Source: an uncultured Gemmatimonadales bacterium (GTDB taxonomy: Bacteria; Gemmatimonadota; Gemmatimonadetes; Gemmatimonadales; GWC2-71-9). Taken from it: DNA of 64,000 nucleotides. Position 1 is the first letter of the stretch; each line of letters opens with the position of its first letter. The notes under the pieces are model-generated. The model worked only from the letters and a program-made list of their open reading frames with translations, did no database searches and was not told the DNA's origin. A program made the translations under genes and the position numbers. The stretch is from NCBI GenBank assembly GCA_963798915.1, contig CAWCVB010000002.1, positions 544,001 to 608,000 on the forward strand. Reading direction: 5' to 3'. Positions 28,076 to 37,012 of the stretch are shown piece after piece.

Positions 28076-28468
28076 GTGGCACGACGACATCGAAGGCAAT
28101 CGCAGGATCTGCCTACCAACGGGTTCCGCCGCTCACCTGGACGAAGCATGCAATCGCATCGCGAGTGGCTTCTGGAGAGACACGGTTCGGTTTGCGCCTA
28201 CTGTGGGTCCGAAACTTCCCCTGACGTCATCACGCTCGATCATGTGCGGCCGCGACGCGGCCAGACAGCGTATGACCGCCCCGACAATCTCGTCCTGGCC
28301 TGTCGCAATTGCAACGCGGCCAAGGCGGATATGCCTCTCGTGGCGTTCCTGATGCAGAAGCGGGCGCGTGGCGTCTTCCTGCTGCACTACGGGGATCACC
28401 TTTCCGAGCCGCTCAAGGCACTGGCCAAGCAGGCATCGGAACGACCGTTGCTCGCCCGGGACATCTGA
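28076..28468 (+). CDS. Small HNH endonuclease
   Basis: CAYCG, TLDHVRPR and NLVLACRNCNAAK (zinc-binding HNH). Confidence 0.9.
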   Translation: MARRHRRQSQDLPTNGFRRSPGRSMQSHREWLLERHGSVCAYCGSETSPDVITLDHVRPRRGQTAYDRPDNLVLACRNCNAAKADMPLVAFLMQKRARGVFLLHYGDHLSEPLKALAKQASERPLLARDI

Positions 28469-28568
28469 GCGTAAGGGCGGCCTGCGGGCCGCCCCGATCA
28501 GCGGAACAGGAGAAACGGCCCGCGCGTCCAGCGCGGGCCGTCTGCGTTCGGGGCCCCGCGGGCCGCCC

Positions 28569-31500
28569 CTACCTGGCCTGCGTTCCCAGCGCCTCCGCCA
28601 GGATCCGCGCCTGTTCCGACACGTGAGCGGAGGGATAGCCCTCCGCCGGGCTGGCCCGGTCTGGTCGACCGGCGTAACGCATCGAAACTCCCTCCGGGAG
28701 CAGGCGACGCAGGTGCGGTTCGGCAAAGCGCCACGCTCCCATGTTCCGCGGCTCTTCCTGAGTCCAGACCACTTCCTTCAACCCAGCATAGTGGCCGAGC
28801 ACGGCCCGAAGTTCCTGGTCGGGAAACGGGTAGAGCTGCTCCAGTCGCACGATCGCCGGCGCGGCATCGCCCAGCGCCTTGGCGCTGTCCAGCAACTCGT
28901 AATAGACCTTGCCGGTGCAGACGATCATGCGAGCCACCGCGTCGACGCCGCCCGCGGCGCGGGCATCATCGATCACCGGCTGGAACTTGGCGTCGCTCAA
29001 GTCCTTGATGTGCGACGCAGCCGCAGGCAGCCGCAGCAGGCTCTTTGGTGTCATGACGATGAGGGGCCGGATCCGGTCACTCTTGGCCTGCCGCCGCAGC
29101 AGGTGGAAATACTGAGCTGGGGTGCTGCAGTTGGCGATCCGCATGTTGTTTTCCGCGGCCAGCTGCAGGAATCGCTCCAGTCTTCCACTCGAATGCTCGG
29201 GACCCTGGCCTTCATACCCATGCGGCAACAGCAGGGTGAGACGCGTGGTCTGCCCCCACTTGGCCAGCCCGGCTGCGAGGAACTGGTCGATCATCACCTG
29301 GGCGCCATTGACGAAGTCGCCGAACTGCGCCTCCCAGATGATCATTGTCTCCGGCGCGGCGACACTGTAGCCGTACTCGAAGCCGATGGCGGCGAGTTCC
29401 GAGAGCGGGCTGTTGTGCAACTCCATCGGTGCCAGGGCGCCGGGGAGCCGGGTAATGGGGGCGTACTCGATGCCGGTGTTCACGTCGTGCAGTACCAGAT
29501 GCCGCTGGCTGAAGGTGCCGCGCTCGGTATCCTGACCGGTCATGCGCAGCGGAATGCCCTCCACCAGCAGCGAGGCCAGCGCCAGCTCCTCGGCGTGTGC
29601 CCAGTCGATACCGCCGTCCTCGCCGACGCTGGTCCGGCGCCGTTCCAGTTGCCGAGCCAGCTTGCGGTTGACGGCAAACCCCTCTGGCCAGGTGAGCAGG
29701 GCGTCGTTCAACGCAACCAGCGTCGCGGCCGGCACGGCGGTTTCCACACGCGACTCGGGATTGCCACGTCGTTCCACCATTTCCGGCGCAACCTGCTGGG
29801 AGCCGGCCTGGCCCTTGAAGGCGTGCTGCGCGTTGGCCAGGCGCTCGTAGGCGGCATCATATCTGGCGGCCGCGTCAGTCTCGGAGATGACGCCTTCCTG
29901 CACCAGCTGCGCGGCGTACTTCTGCCGCACAGTCGGCAGCTGACGGATGCGTTCGTACATCAGCGGCTGGGTATAGGCCGGTTCGTCGGCTTCGTTGTGG
30001 CCGTGACGCCGGTAGCCTACCAGGTCCACCACGGCGTCCTGGGAGAAAATTTCGCGATAGGCGAGGGCAAGGCGTGCCGCCACCAGGCAGGCTTCCGGGT
30101 CGTCGGCATTCACATGGACGATCGGGACGTCGAACCCCTTGGCCAGATCACTGGCATAGCGGGTGGAACGGGCATCGGTGATGTCAGTGGTGAAGCCCAC
30201 CTGGTTGTTCGCGATGAGATGCAGCGTGCCGCCGACCGTGTAGGCCGGCAGGCCACCGAGATTGAAGGTCTCGGCCACCACGCCCTGGCCCGCAAAGGCG
30301 GCGTCGCCGTGGATCACGATTGGCAGGGCGGCATCCTTGTCGCGCCGCGCTTCCTGGCCGCGCCGCTGGGTCTGGCGCGCACGGGCCCGGCCAACGACTA
30401 CGGGGCCCACGAACTCGAGGTGGCTCGGATTCGGCGCCAGCGTCACCGTGACGGCTTTTCCCTTGGCTGTCGGGTAGGCGCCTTCCGCGCCATGATGGTA
30501 CTTGACGTCGCCCGTGCCGGAGTCGCTTTCGTCGCTTTCGCTCAGCGACCGCTTGGCACCCTCGAATTCGGCAAAGATCGTCTCGTAGGGACGGCGCACG
30601 GTGTGCGCCAGCACATTTAATCGTCCCCGATGCGCCATCCCGATTGGCACTTCCTGCGCGCCCCGCTCGGCCGCCTGGTTGATCCAGAGGTCCAGCATCG
30701 GGACCATCATGTCGAGGCCCTCGATCGAGAAGCGCTTCTGACCCAGGTAGGACTTCTGCAGCACCTGTTCGAACGCTTCGACTTCGATGAGCCGGTCGAA
30801 CAGCGCCAGCTTCACCTCGGCGGAGAGCGTCTCGCGGAACGAGCCCGATTCGATCCGCTCGCGCAGCCAGACACGTTCCTCGTGGCTGGCGATGTGCTCG
30901 ATCTCGTAGGCAATGGTGCCGCAATAAGCGGCTTGCAGCTGCGGCAACGCCTCGAGCAGCGACCGCCCCGGCACCTTGATGCGCAGTACCTCCGCCGGGA
31001 TCCGTGCCATGATGTCGGGCGTGAGGCCGACCGTTGCTGGATCGAGGGATGGATCGCCGGATGGCTCGCTGCCCAGCGGATCGAGACGAGCCGCGAGATG
31101 GCCGTGCGTGCGGAATGCCTTGACCAGGGCCATGGCTGCGGCGACGTGGCGCATCTCGGCCACGTCGGGCGAGATGGGTGAGATGGGCGAGATGGACAAG
31201 GCGGGCGAGCTGAACGGAATCGTGGGTGCCGATGGGGTGTACGCCAGTCCGAGGCCTGAGTACACCGATTCGTAGAACCCTTCGGCGCCCTGCAGCATGC
31301 CGTCCACGGTGGCCAGGAACTGACCACTTTCGGCGCCCTGGATGATGCGATGATCATACGTGCTGGTCATCGTCATCACCTTGCTGAGCCCGAGCTGCTG
31401 CACGGTGGCCACGGGCGATGCCGAGAACTCGGGCGGGTAGCCAATGGCGCCGACGGCAATGATGGTTCCCTGACCGGCCATCAGGCGTGGCACCGACGCT

Positions 31501-32234
31501 ACCGTTCCGATGCCACCCGGGTTGGTGAGCGTCACTGTCCCGCCGGCGAAATCATCCGGCATCAGGCGGTTGTGACGCGACTTGTCCACCAGTTCCTCAT
31601 ATGAAGCATGAAACCGGCCGAAGTCCATCGCTTCCGCGTGCTTGATGATCGGCACCACAAGGCCCCGCGAGCCGTCCTTGCGCGTGACATCCACGGCCAG
31701 TCCAAGGTGGATGCCATCGGGGACAACGCGCTGGGGGCCATCCTCCCCGGCGCGGAGAAAATGGCCCATGACCGGATGCTGGCGCACACCTTGAACCAAC
31801 GCCCAGGCAATGAGATGGGTAAATGAAATCTTGTCGGAGCGGCCCGCCGACTTGAGAGAAGCGTTCAGGGCCTTGCGCTGTGCCTCGAGCCGAGCCACGG
31901 GGAGTTCGCGAAACGTGGTGGCAGTCGGAACGGTGAGACTCTCGTTCATGTTCTGCAGCAGCCGGAGCGCCGGGCCCTTGATCGCAATGGCTTCCGGCGC
32001 GGGCGCCGCTGTCGTGTCCGGAGGGGTGACTGGCGCCGGTGCAGCACTCGCCGCCGGCTGAGCTGCTGGCGCGTTCGCCTGGGCTCCGTCCTCCGAGTGC
32101 GGCTGCTCGCCGACTACGCCGCTCTCGAACAGCTGGCGCCAGGCCGGCGCCACCGACGCCGGATCGCGGAGAAAATCTTCATAAATGGATTGGGCAAAGC
32201 CGGCGTTGGCGGTTTCGAAGACATTCGGATCCAC
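28569..32234 (-). CDS. sucA: Multifunctional 2-oxoglutarate dehydrogenase (E2 acyltransferase + E1 fusion, Kgd/OdhA type)
   Basis: N-terminal YEDFLRDPASV, E2 motif TYDHRIIQGAESG, and E1 motifs GMAHRGRLN, HGDAAFAGQG, WEAQFGDF and GQGPEHSS. AGGAG RBS before GTG 32234. Confidence 0.95.
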   Translation of the reverse strand: MDPNVFETANAGFAQSIYEDFLRDPASVAPAWRQLFESGVVGEQPHSEDGAQANAPAAQPAASAAPAPVTPPDTTAAPAPEAIAIKGPALRLLQNMNESLTVPTATTFRELPVARLEAQRKALNASLKSAGRSDKISFTHLIAWALVQGVRQHPVMGHFLRAGEDGPQRVVPDGIHLGLAVDVTRKDGSRGLVVPIIKHAEAMDFGRFHASYEELVDKSRHNRLMPDDFAGGTVTLTNPGGIGTVASVPRLMAGQGTIIAVGAIGYPPEFSASPVATVQQLGLSKVMTMTSTYDHRIIQGAESGQFLATVDGMLQGAEGFYESVYSGLGLAYTPSAPTIPFSSPALSISPISPISPDVAEMRHVAAAMALVKAFRTHGHLAARLDPLGSEPSGDPSLDPATVGLTPDIMARIPAEVLRIKVPGRSLLEALPQLQAAYCGTIAYEIEHIASHEERVWLRERIESGSFRETLSAEVKLALFDRLIEVEAFEQVLQKSYLGQKRFSIEGLDMMVPMLDLWINQAAERGAQEVPIGMAHRGRLNVLAHTVRRPYETIFAEFEGAKRSLSESDESDSGTGDVKYHHGAEGAYPTAKGKAVTVTLAPNPSHLEFVGPVVVGRARARQTQRRGQEARRDKDAALPIVIHGDAAFAGQGVVAETFNLGGLPAYTVGGTLHLIANNQVGFTTDITDARSTRYASDLAKGFDVPIVHVNADDPEACLVAARLALAYREIFSQDAVVDLVGYRRHGHNEADEPAYTQPLMYERIRQLPTVRQKYAAQLVQEGVISETDAAARYDAAYERLANAQHAFKGQAGSQQVAPEMVERRGNPESRVETAVPAATLVALNDALLTWPEGFAVNRKLARQLERRRTSVGEDGGIDWAHAEELALASLLVEGIPLRMTGQDTERGTFSQRHLVLHDVNTGIEYAPITRLPGALAPMELHNSPLSELAAIGFEYGYSVAAPETMIIWEAQFGDFVNGAQVMIDQFLAAGLAKWGQTTRLTLLLPHGYEGQGPEHSSGRLERFLQLAAENNMRIANCSTPAQYFHLLRRQAKSDRIRPLIVMTPKSLLRLPAAASHIKDLSDAKFQPVIDDARAAGGVDAVARMIVCTGKVYYELLDSAKALGDAAPAIVRLEQLYPFPDQELRAVLGHYAGLKEVVWTQEEPRNMGAWRFAEPHLRRLLPEGVSMRYAGRPDRASPAEGYPSAHVSEQARILAEALGTQAR

Positions 32235-32354
32235 AACTGCTCCTGCACCCCGAAAGGGGACGAGTCGAGACGGAAATCCAACGAAGCGAGGAAGATAACG
32301 TCTCTTGCCGAGGCTTGCTCCGGGCGCCAAGATTGAGCACCCCTGACCGGCGCC

Positions 32355-33464
32355 ATGCCCATGAGATCGCTCCGATTGATGCACGCCACGCTACTGCTGG
32401 CGCTCTGCTCGATGAGTTGTGGGCGGCACGAACCGCCTCCCTCCATCGGTCTCGCCTATCCTCCTCATTTCCGCAACATCGAGGCGGCCAGCCTGGCCGT
32501 GGTTGACCTCGAGGCTCTGACCGGCGGCCCGCCGGTTCGCCTCGTGCTCGACTCAAGCCTGGTGACGGACAGTGCCCCGGTTGACGTGCGGCGCGCCGAG
32601 TCCCTGGTGGCGCGGCCCAACGTCATGGCCGTGGTCGGCCCCGGGAACAGCCGTGGAGCGCTGGCTGCGGCACCGGTGTACAACGCTGCCGGCGTCACCC
32701 AGCTGAACCCCCAGGCCACCAGTCGTCTGCTGAGCCGGCTCGGCGGCCGGACGCTGCTCATGCTGCCCAACGATTCGATCGAAGGGGCATTCATTGCCCG
32801 GTTCCTGGCCGAATCACTCGCAGCACGGCGAGTCAGCATCTTTTTCACCAACGACGAATACGGCGTGGGACTTCGTGAAGGGGTGGAGGCGGCGCTCGCG
32901 ACCCGACGGATCAGTGTGGTGGACAAGGTACCGTTCAGCCCGCAAGGCGAGTTCGCGGTGCTCGTGCGTTCCAGTCTCCAGCGGGCCCGGCCGGATGTCG
33001 TTGTCGTGGCTGGCCGCGTCGGCTCCGCGATGCAGATCGCGCAGCTGGTGCACGATCTTGCTCCGGGCACCGAGGTGGTCGCGGGGGACGGCGCCATGCT
33101 GCCGGTCCAGCTCGGAGCGCTGGCGGAGGCGGTGCTCGCGGACCTGCATGTCGTTTCGTATTGGTTGCCGGCCCCCGACGACGCGGCAGCGGCCCGGTTT
33201 TCCCGCCGATTCCGCGCGCTGGTCGGGCGGGAGCCGGAGCCCGCCGATGCCTACGCGTATGATGCCATCATGGTCGCGGCCGCTGCGATCCGGGCCGCCG
33301 GCGCGGATCGGGACGACGTGTGGGAGTGGCTCTCCTCGCTGGGCGGCTCCCGGCCGCCGTATCCGGGCGTGACCGGGCCCATTGCCTTCAAGGAGCCGCC
33401 GCTCTCCCACATGGTGATGGCGCGCATTCATGGCGGCCGTGCCGAGGCAGAATGGCCCCGATGA
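32355..33464 (+). CDS. Periplasmic binding protein (branched-chain amino acid SBP type), probable lipoprotein
   Basis: AVVGPGNS, AAPVYNAAG, NDEYG and AYAYDA. Cys after a hydrophobic signal. Start may be 32355 or 32361. Confidence 0.82.
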   Translation: MPMRSLRLMHATLLLALCSMSCGRHEPPPSIGLAYPPHFRNIEAASLAVVDLEALTGGPPVRLVLDSSLVTDSAPVDVRRAESLVARPNVMAVVGPGNSRGALAAAPVYNAAGVTQLNPQATSRLLSRLGGRTLLMLPNDSIEGAFIARFLAESLAARRVSIFFTNDEYGVGLREGVEAALATRRISVVDKVPFSPQGEFAVLVRSSLQRARPDVVVVAGRVGSAMQIAQLVHDLAPGTEVVAGDGAMLPVQLGALAEAVLADLHVVSYWLPAPDDAAAARFSRRFRALVGREPEPADAYAYDAIMVAAAAIRAAGADRDDVWEWLSSLGGSRPPYPGVTGPIAFKEPPLSHMVMARIHGGRAEAEWPR

Positions 33465-35335
33465 CGGAGCCGACCCGCGCCAGCGTCAGCCTCAGGACGC
33501 TGAGCCTGATGGCCGTCACATGCGTGGTGCTGTATGTCGTCGGGCTCACATTCTATATCGGAGCCACCGTGGCCCCGCGGGCGGACCGGCTTCGCGCGGA
33601 AACCGTGCCCATGCTCGAGCTTTTCGGCCAGATGGCCGAGCGTGCCGGTCGCACCGAGCAGCTCATGGTCGAGGCACGAGAGGGGATCCTCAGCCAGGAC
33701 AGCGCCGCACGCCTGCGGGTCCGGGCCGCGCTGGCCGCGCCCGCGGCCTCCTCGTCGCCGCTGCTGGAGCAGGCCCCGCTGGAGCTGCGCGAATTGCTGG
33801 CGCGCACCACGGTTCTTCAAGGCGAGATCGAAGCGCAGCTCAACGAGAGTCTGTCCGAGGCGGATCTGGGTAGCATCGCCGAGGCGGGCCATTCTCTGGC
33901 GGTGGCCGACTCACTGCATGCTGAAATGGGTCTGACAGTCGTGGAGTCGGAGCGGGTCGGGCTTGCCGCCCTGTCGCGGCGGGAGTCACAGCTCAGCGAA
34001 GCCCTGCGGCAGGCGGTGCGCATCATGATCGCGTGGATGGTAGCCGGTGTGCTCCTGTTGCTTGTGCTGGTCATCGCGGTCCATCGACGAGTCCAGCGGC
34101 CGCTTCGCGAACTGGAAGCCGGACTCGATGCGGTGGCCGCGGGCCAGCTCAACACCAGCGTCCGCGTTCGGCGCAACGACGAGCTGGGGCAGCTTGCCTC
34201 GCACTTCAATGACATGACAGGCGTGCTGCGTGCACGCGCGGCGGAGCAGGGGCGTTTCGCCGCGGCGGGCGAGCTGATCGCAGGCGTAGCGCATGAGGTC
34301 AATAATCCGCTCATGGCCATTGCCGCGCTGGCGGATACCCGCCTGGAGGACCCATCGCTGCCGCACGAGCTGCGCGCGGAGCTGGGGCAGATCCGCCGTC
34401 AGGCGCGCCGCGCCGGCAAGCTGCTCTCCGGCCTGCTCCGGTTCGTGCGCGCGCGGGAGCCGCTCACCGCCACGGTGTCAGTCAACGACGTCGTGGCGAG
34501 TGCAGTGGACCTCGTGTCCTATCGGTTTGGCGTTGAGGAGATCTCGTTCGAGCTGCAACTCGATGAGCAGCTCCCGCCGACGCGCGGTGCGGCTGTCCGG
34601 CTCGAGCAGGTGGTGGTCAACCTGCTCAGCAACGCGCTGGATTCGCTGGCCCAGGTGCCGCCACCGCGCTTCCTCTCGGTTGCCACCTGGCGGGCCGGTG
34701 ATCACGTCGTCATTGCCATGACGGACAAGGGAGTCGGGATTCCGGCCGAGATGCAGCGTCGCCTCTTTCACCCGTTTGCCACGACCAAGGGCGCGGGCGG
34801 CACGGGGCTCGGCCTCTACATCTCACGCGAAATACTCCGGGAACTGGGGGGTGATCTCCAGTACGAGCCGGTGGAGGCAGGGGCGCGGTTTGTCGCGACG
34901 CTGCCGCTCGCGCCGAGCGAGGCAGTCCCGGCGCCAGCGACGGCGCCCCAGCCGGCACGAGCGCCGAGGTCGCTCAACGGAGTGCGTGTGCTGCTCGTGG
35001 ACGATGAGGTGGTGGTGCGCTCGCCAATCGCGCGATTCCTTTCGCGCCGTGGCGCCACGGTGCTTGAAGCCTCAGACGGAGTGGAGGCCCTGGAGGTGCT
35101 GGACGAGGGCGAGGTAGATGCCATCATTGCCGACCTGCGGATGCCACGGATGGACGGCGCCGCGTTGTGCGCCGAACTCGCGCAGCATCGCCCCGATCAC
35201 CTTGCTCGCGTCGTACTCCTGTCAGGCGACCTCAGCCAGCTCCAGGGCGCGCTGCCGGTCCCCGCCGACCGGGTGCTGGCCAAGCCGGTCGAGCTGGTCG
35301 AGATCGAGGCGGCGGTGCGGCGGGTGATTGGCTAG
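33461..35335 (+). CDS. Hybrid sensor histidine kinase (2 TM, HAMP, HisKA, HATPase, receiver)
   Basis: DELGQLA HAMP, AHEVNNPL, NLLSNA, DKGVG, GTGLGL and receiver LLVDD..DLRMP..KP. ATGA overlap with the SBP. Confidence 0.93.
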   Translation: MTEPTRASVSLRTLSLMAVTCVVLYVVGLTFYIGATVAPRADRLRAETVPMLELFGQMAERAGRTEQLMVEAREGILSQDSAARLRVRAALAAPAASSSPLLEQAPLELRELLARTTVLQGEIEAQLNESLSEADLGSIAEAGHSLAVADSLHAEMGLTVVESERVGLAALSRRESQLSEALRQAVRIMIAWMVAGVLLLLVLVIAVHRRVQRPLRELEAGLDAVAAGQLNTSVRVRRNDELGQLASHFNDMTGVLRARAAEQGRFAAAGELIAGVAHEVNNPLMAIAALADTRLEDPSLPHELRAELGQIRRQARRAGKLLSGLLRFVRAREPLTATVSVNDVVASAVDLVSYRFGVEEISFELQLDEQLPPTRGAAVRLEQVVVNLLSNALDSLAQVPPPRFLSVATWRAGDHVVIAMTDKGVGIPAEMQRRLFHPFATTKGAGGTGLGLYISREILRELGGDLQYEPVEAGARFVATLPLAPSEAVPAPATAPQPARAPRSLNGVRVLLVDDEVVVRSPIARFLSRRGATVLEASDGVEALEVLDEGEVDAIIADLRMPRMDGAALCAELAQHRPDHLARVVLLSGDLSQLQGALPVPADRVLAKPVELVEIEAAVRRVIG

Positions 35336-35364
35336 CTCCTTCCATCCCGCCTTCCCGCCTTCCC

Positions 35365-36966
35365 TCACCTCCACTTCTCCGCCCGCGCCACATACTGCCG
35401 GTAGCGGGCCACCTCGGCGCGCCGCCGCTCCACGCTCCATCCCAGCTCACCGGCCATCAGTTCGGCGACCCGCTCCGTTGCGCGAAGCCCGTGGTCGCGG
35501 GTTTCGAAGTAGAGGTGCAGCCGCCGCACCATGACGTCCTCCACGGTGAGCGCCATTTCCCGGCGCACCGCGTGCAGCACTTCAGCCTCGATCGCCGGGT
35601 GGGCCGGATGAAGCCGGTCGAACAGCGCCCGATGCTTGAGGCCCAGATTGTGGATGCCGGCGCATTCCGTGCCATAGCGATCCACCAGGCGGTCGCTGAC
35701 CACGGCCGGCAGACCGAGGGGGGCGCCGCGGGCACGGAACGGTTCAAGATCAGCGGCATTGCCGCCGGGGAGCGGGATGACGTCGGTCGGAGGACGGGGC
35801 GCCTTCCGGCCGAGGCGCCGGCCGACAAGGTCCACTGTCTCAGCCGCCATCGCGCGGTAGGTGGTGAGCTTGCCACCTGCGATGGTGATCATGCCCAGCC
35901 GTCCTTCCACCAAGGCATGCTCCCTGGACACCGCCGATGGTGAGCGGCCGCCGTCCTGCGCGAGCAAGGGCCGCAGTCCGGCCCAGGTGGCGCGCACGTC
36001 TTCCTCGGTCAGCCGCGCGGCAGGAAAGAGAGCGTTGGCCGAGCGGAGCAGATACACCACGTCATCCCGGGTGGTGGCCACCGCCGCGGGATCGCCGTCA
36101 TAGTCGGTGTCGGTGGTCCCGATGTAGGTCAGGTCGTTCCATGGCAGGATGAACATGACGCGCCCGTCGATCGGACTGAGGAAGGTGATGGCGTGGCGAT
36201 GTCCGATGCGCTCGCGGGGCACCAGGACATGGCTGCCCCGGGTGAGCCGGAGCAGCGGCTGCGCGGTCGAGTCTTCGAGCCGGCGTACCTGATCGCTCCA
36301 CGGACCGGTGGCGTTGACCACCACCGCTGCCCGCACATCGGTCTGGTCGCCGCTCAGCTCATCCTGCAGCGCGGCACCGACGATGCGCCCGCCCTCCTTC
36401 GTCAACTCGGTTATTCCAGTATGGGTCAGCACGGTCGCGCCATGGTCCACCGCTGAGCGCGCCGTCGCAATGACGAGGCGGGCATCATCGCACTGCGCGT
36501 CACCGTAGAGCGCGCCGCCCGTCAGCCCTCGCTCGCGCATCAGCGGCTCTCGTTCCAGGATACCGCGCTTGCCGAGGATCCGGGGCCGTCGCACATTGCG
36601 GAATCCGGCAAGCACCTCATAGGCAGCGAGACCAGCGCCGAGCTTCCAGCGGGGCACCCGATCGCCCTCGTGGAGGGGAAAGACGAAGGGAATGGACCGC
36701 ACCAGGTGCGGCGCGATGTGGAGCAGGATGGCGCGTTCCCGCAGTGCCTCGCGCACCAGCCCGATGTTGCCCTGCTCGAGGTAACGGAGTCCGCCATGGA
36801 TGAGCCGGCTCGAGCGCGAGCTGGTGCCTTCCGCCAGGTCCCGCTGTTCCACCAGCAGGGTGCGGAAGCCGCGCATTGCCGCGTCGCGCGCGATGCCGGC
36901 GCCGGTGATGCCACCGCCGATCACCAGTACGTCGAAGGCTGTGCCGTCGAGGTCGCTCAGGTTCAA
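35365..36966 (-). CDS. glpD: FAD-dependent glycerol-3-phosphate dehydrogenase
   Basis: GGGITG, GTSSRSSRLIHGGLRYL, DDARL and GGKLTTYR. Confidence 0.92.
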   Translation of the reverse strand: MNLSDLDGTAFDVLVIGGGITGAGIARDAAMRGFRTLLVEQRDLAEGTSSRSSRLIHGGLRYLEQGNIGLVREALRERAILLHIAPHLVRSIPFVFPLHEGDRVPRWKLGAGLAAYEVLAGFRNVRRPRILGKRGILEREPLMRERGLTGGALYGDAQCDDARLVIATARSAVDHGATVLTHTGITELTKEGGRIVGAALQDELSGDQTDVRAAVVVNATGPWSDQVRRLEDSTAQPLLRLTRGSHVLVPRERIGHRHAITFLSPIDGRVMFILPWNDLTYIGTTDTDYDGDPAAVATTRDDVVYLLRSANALFPAARLTEEDVRATWAGLRPLLAQDGGRSPSAVSREHALVEGRLGMITIAGGKLTTYRAMAAETVDLVGRRLGRKAPRPPTDVIPLPGGNAADLEPFRARGAPLGLPAVVSDRLVDRYGTECAGIHNLGLKHRALFDRLHPAHPAIEAEVLHAVRREMALTVEDVMVRRLHLYFETRDHGLRATERVAELMAGELGWSVERRRAEVARYRQYVARAEKWR

Positions 36967-37012
36967 TTAACTTGCTCCGGCCCGCATGATCATGGAGTCA
37001 GGATAATCGCAG

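Noticed and set aside
27600..28468. HNH plus upstream structured region as an IscB/omega-RNA or HEARO-like system
   Set aside because: The protein is 130 aa with no RuvC or PLMP motifs, and the upstream structure is explained by a repeat family found elsewhere in the window.
28368..30620. 750-aa plus-strand ORF
   Set aside because: Antisense shadow of sucA, typical of high-GC DNA, with no motifs.
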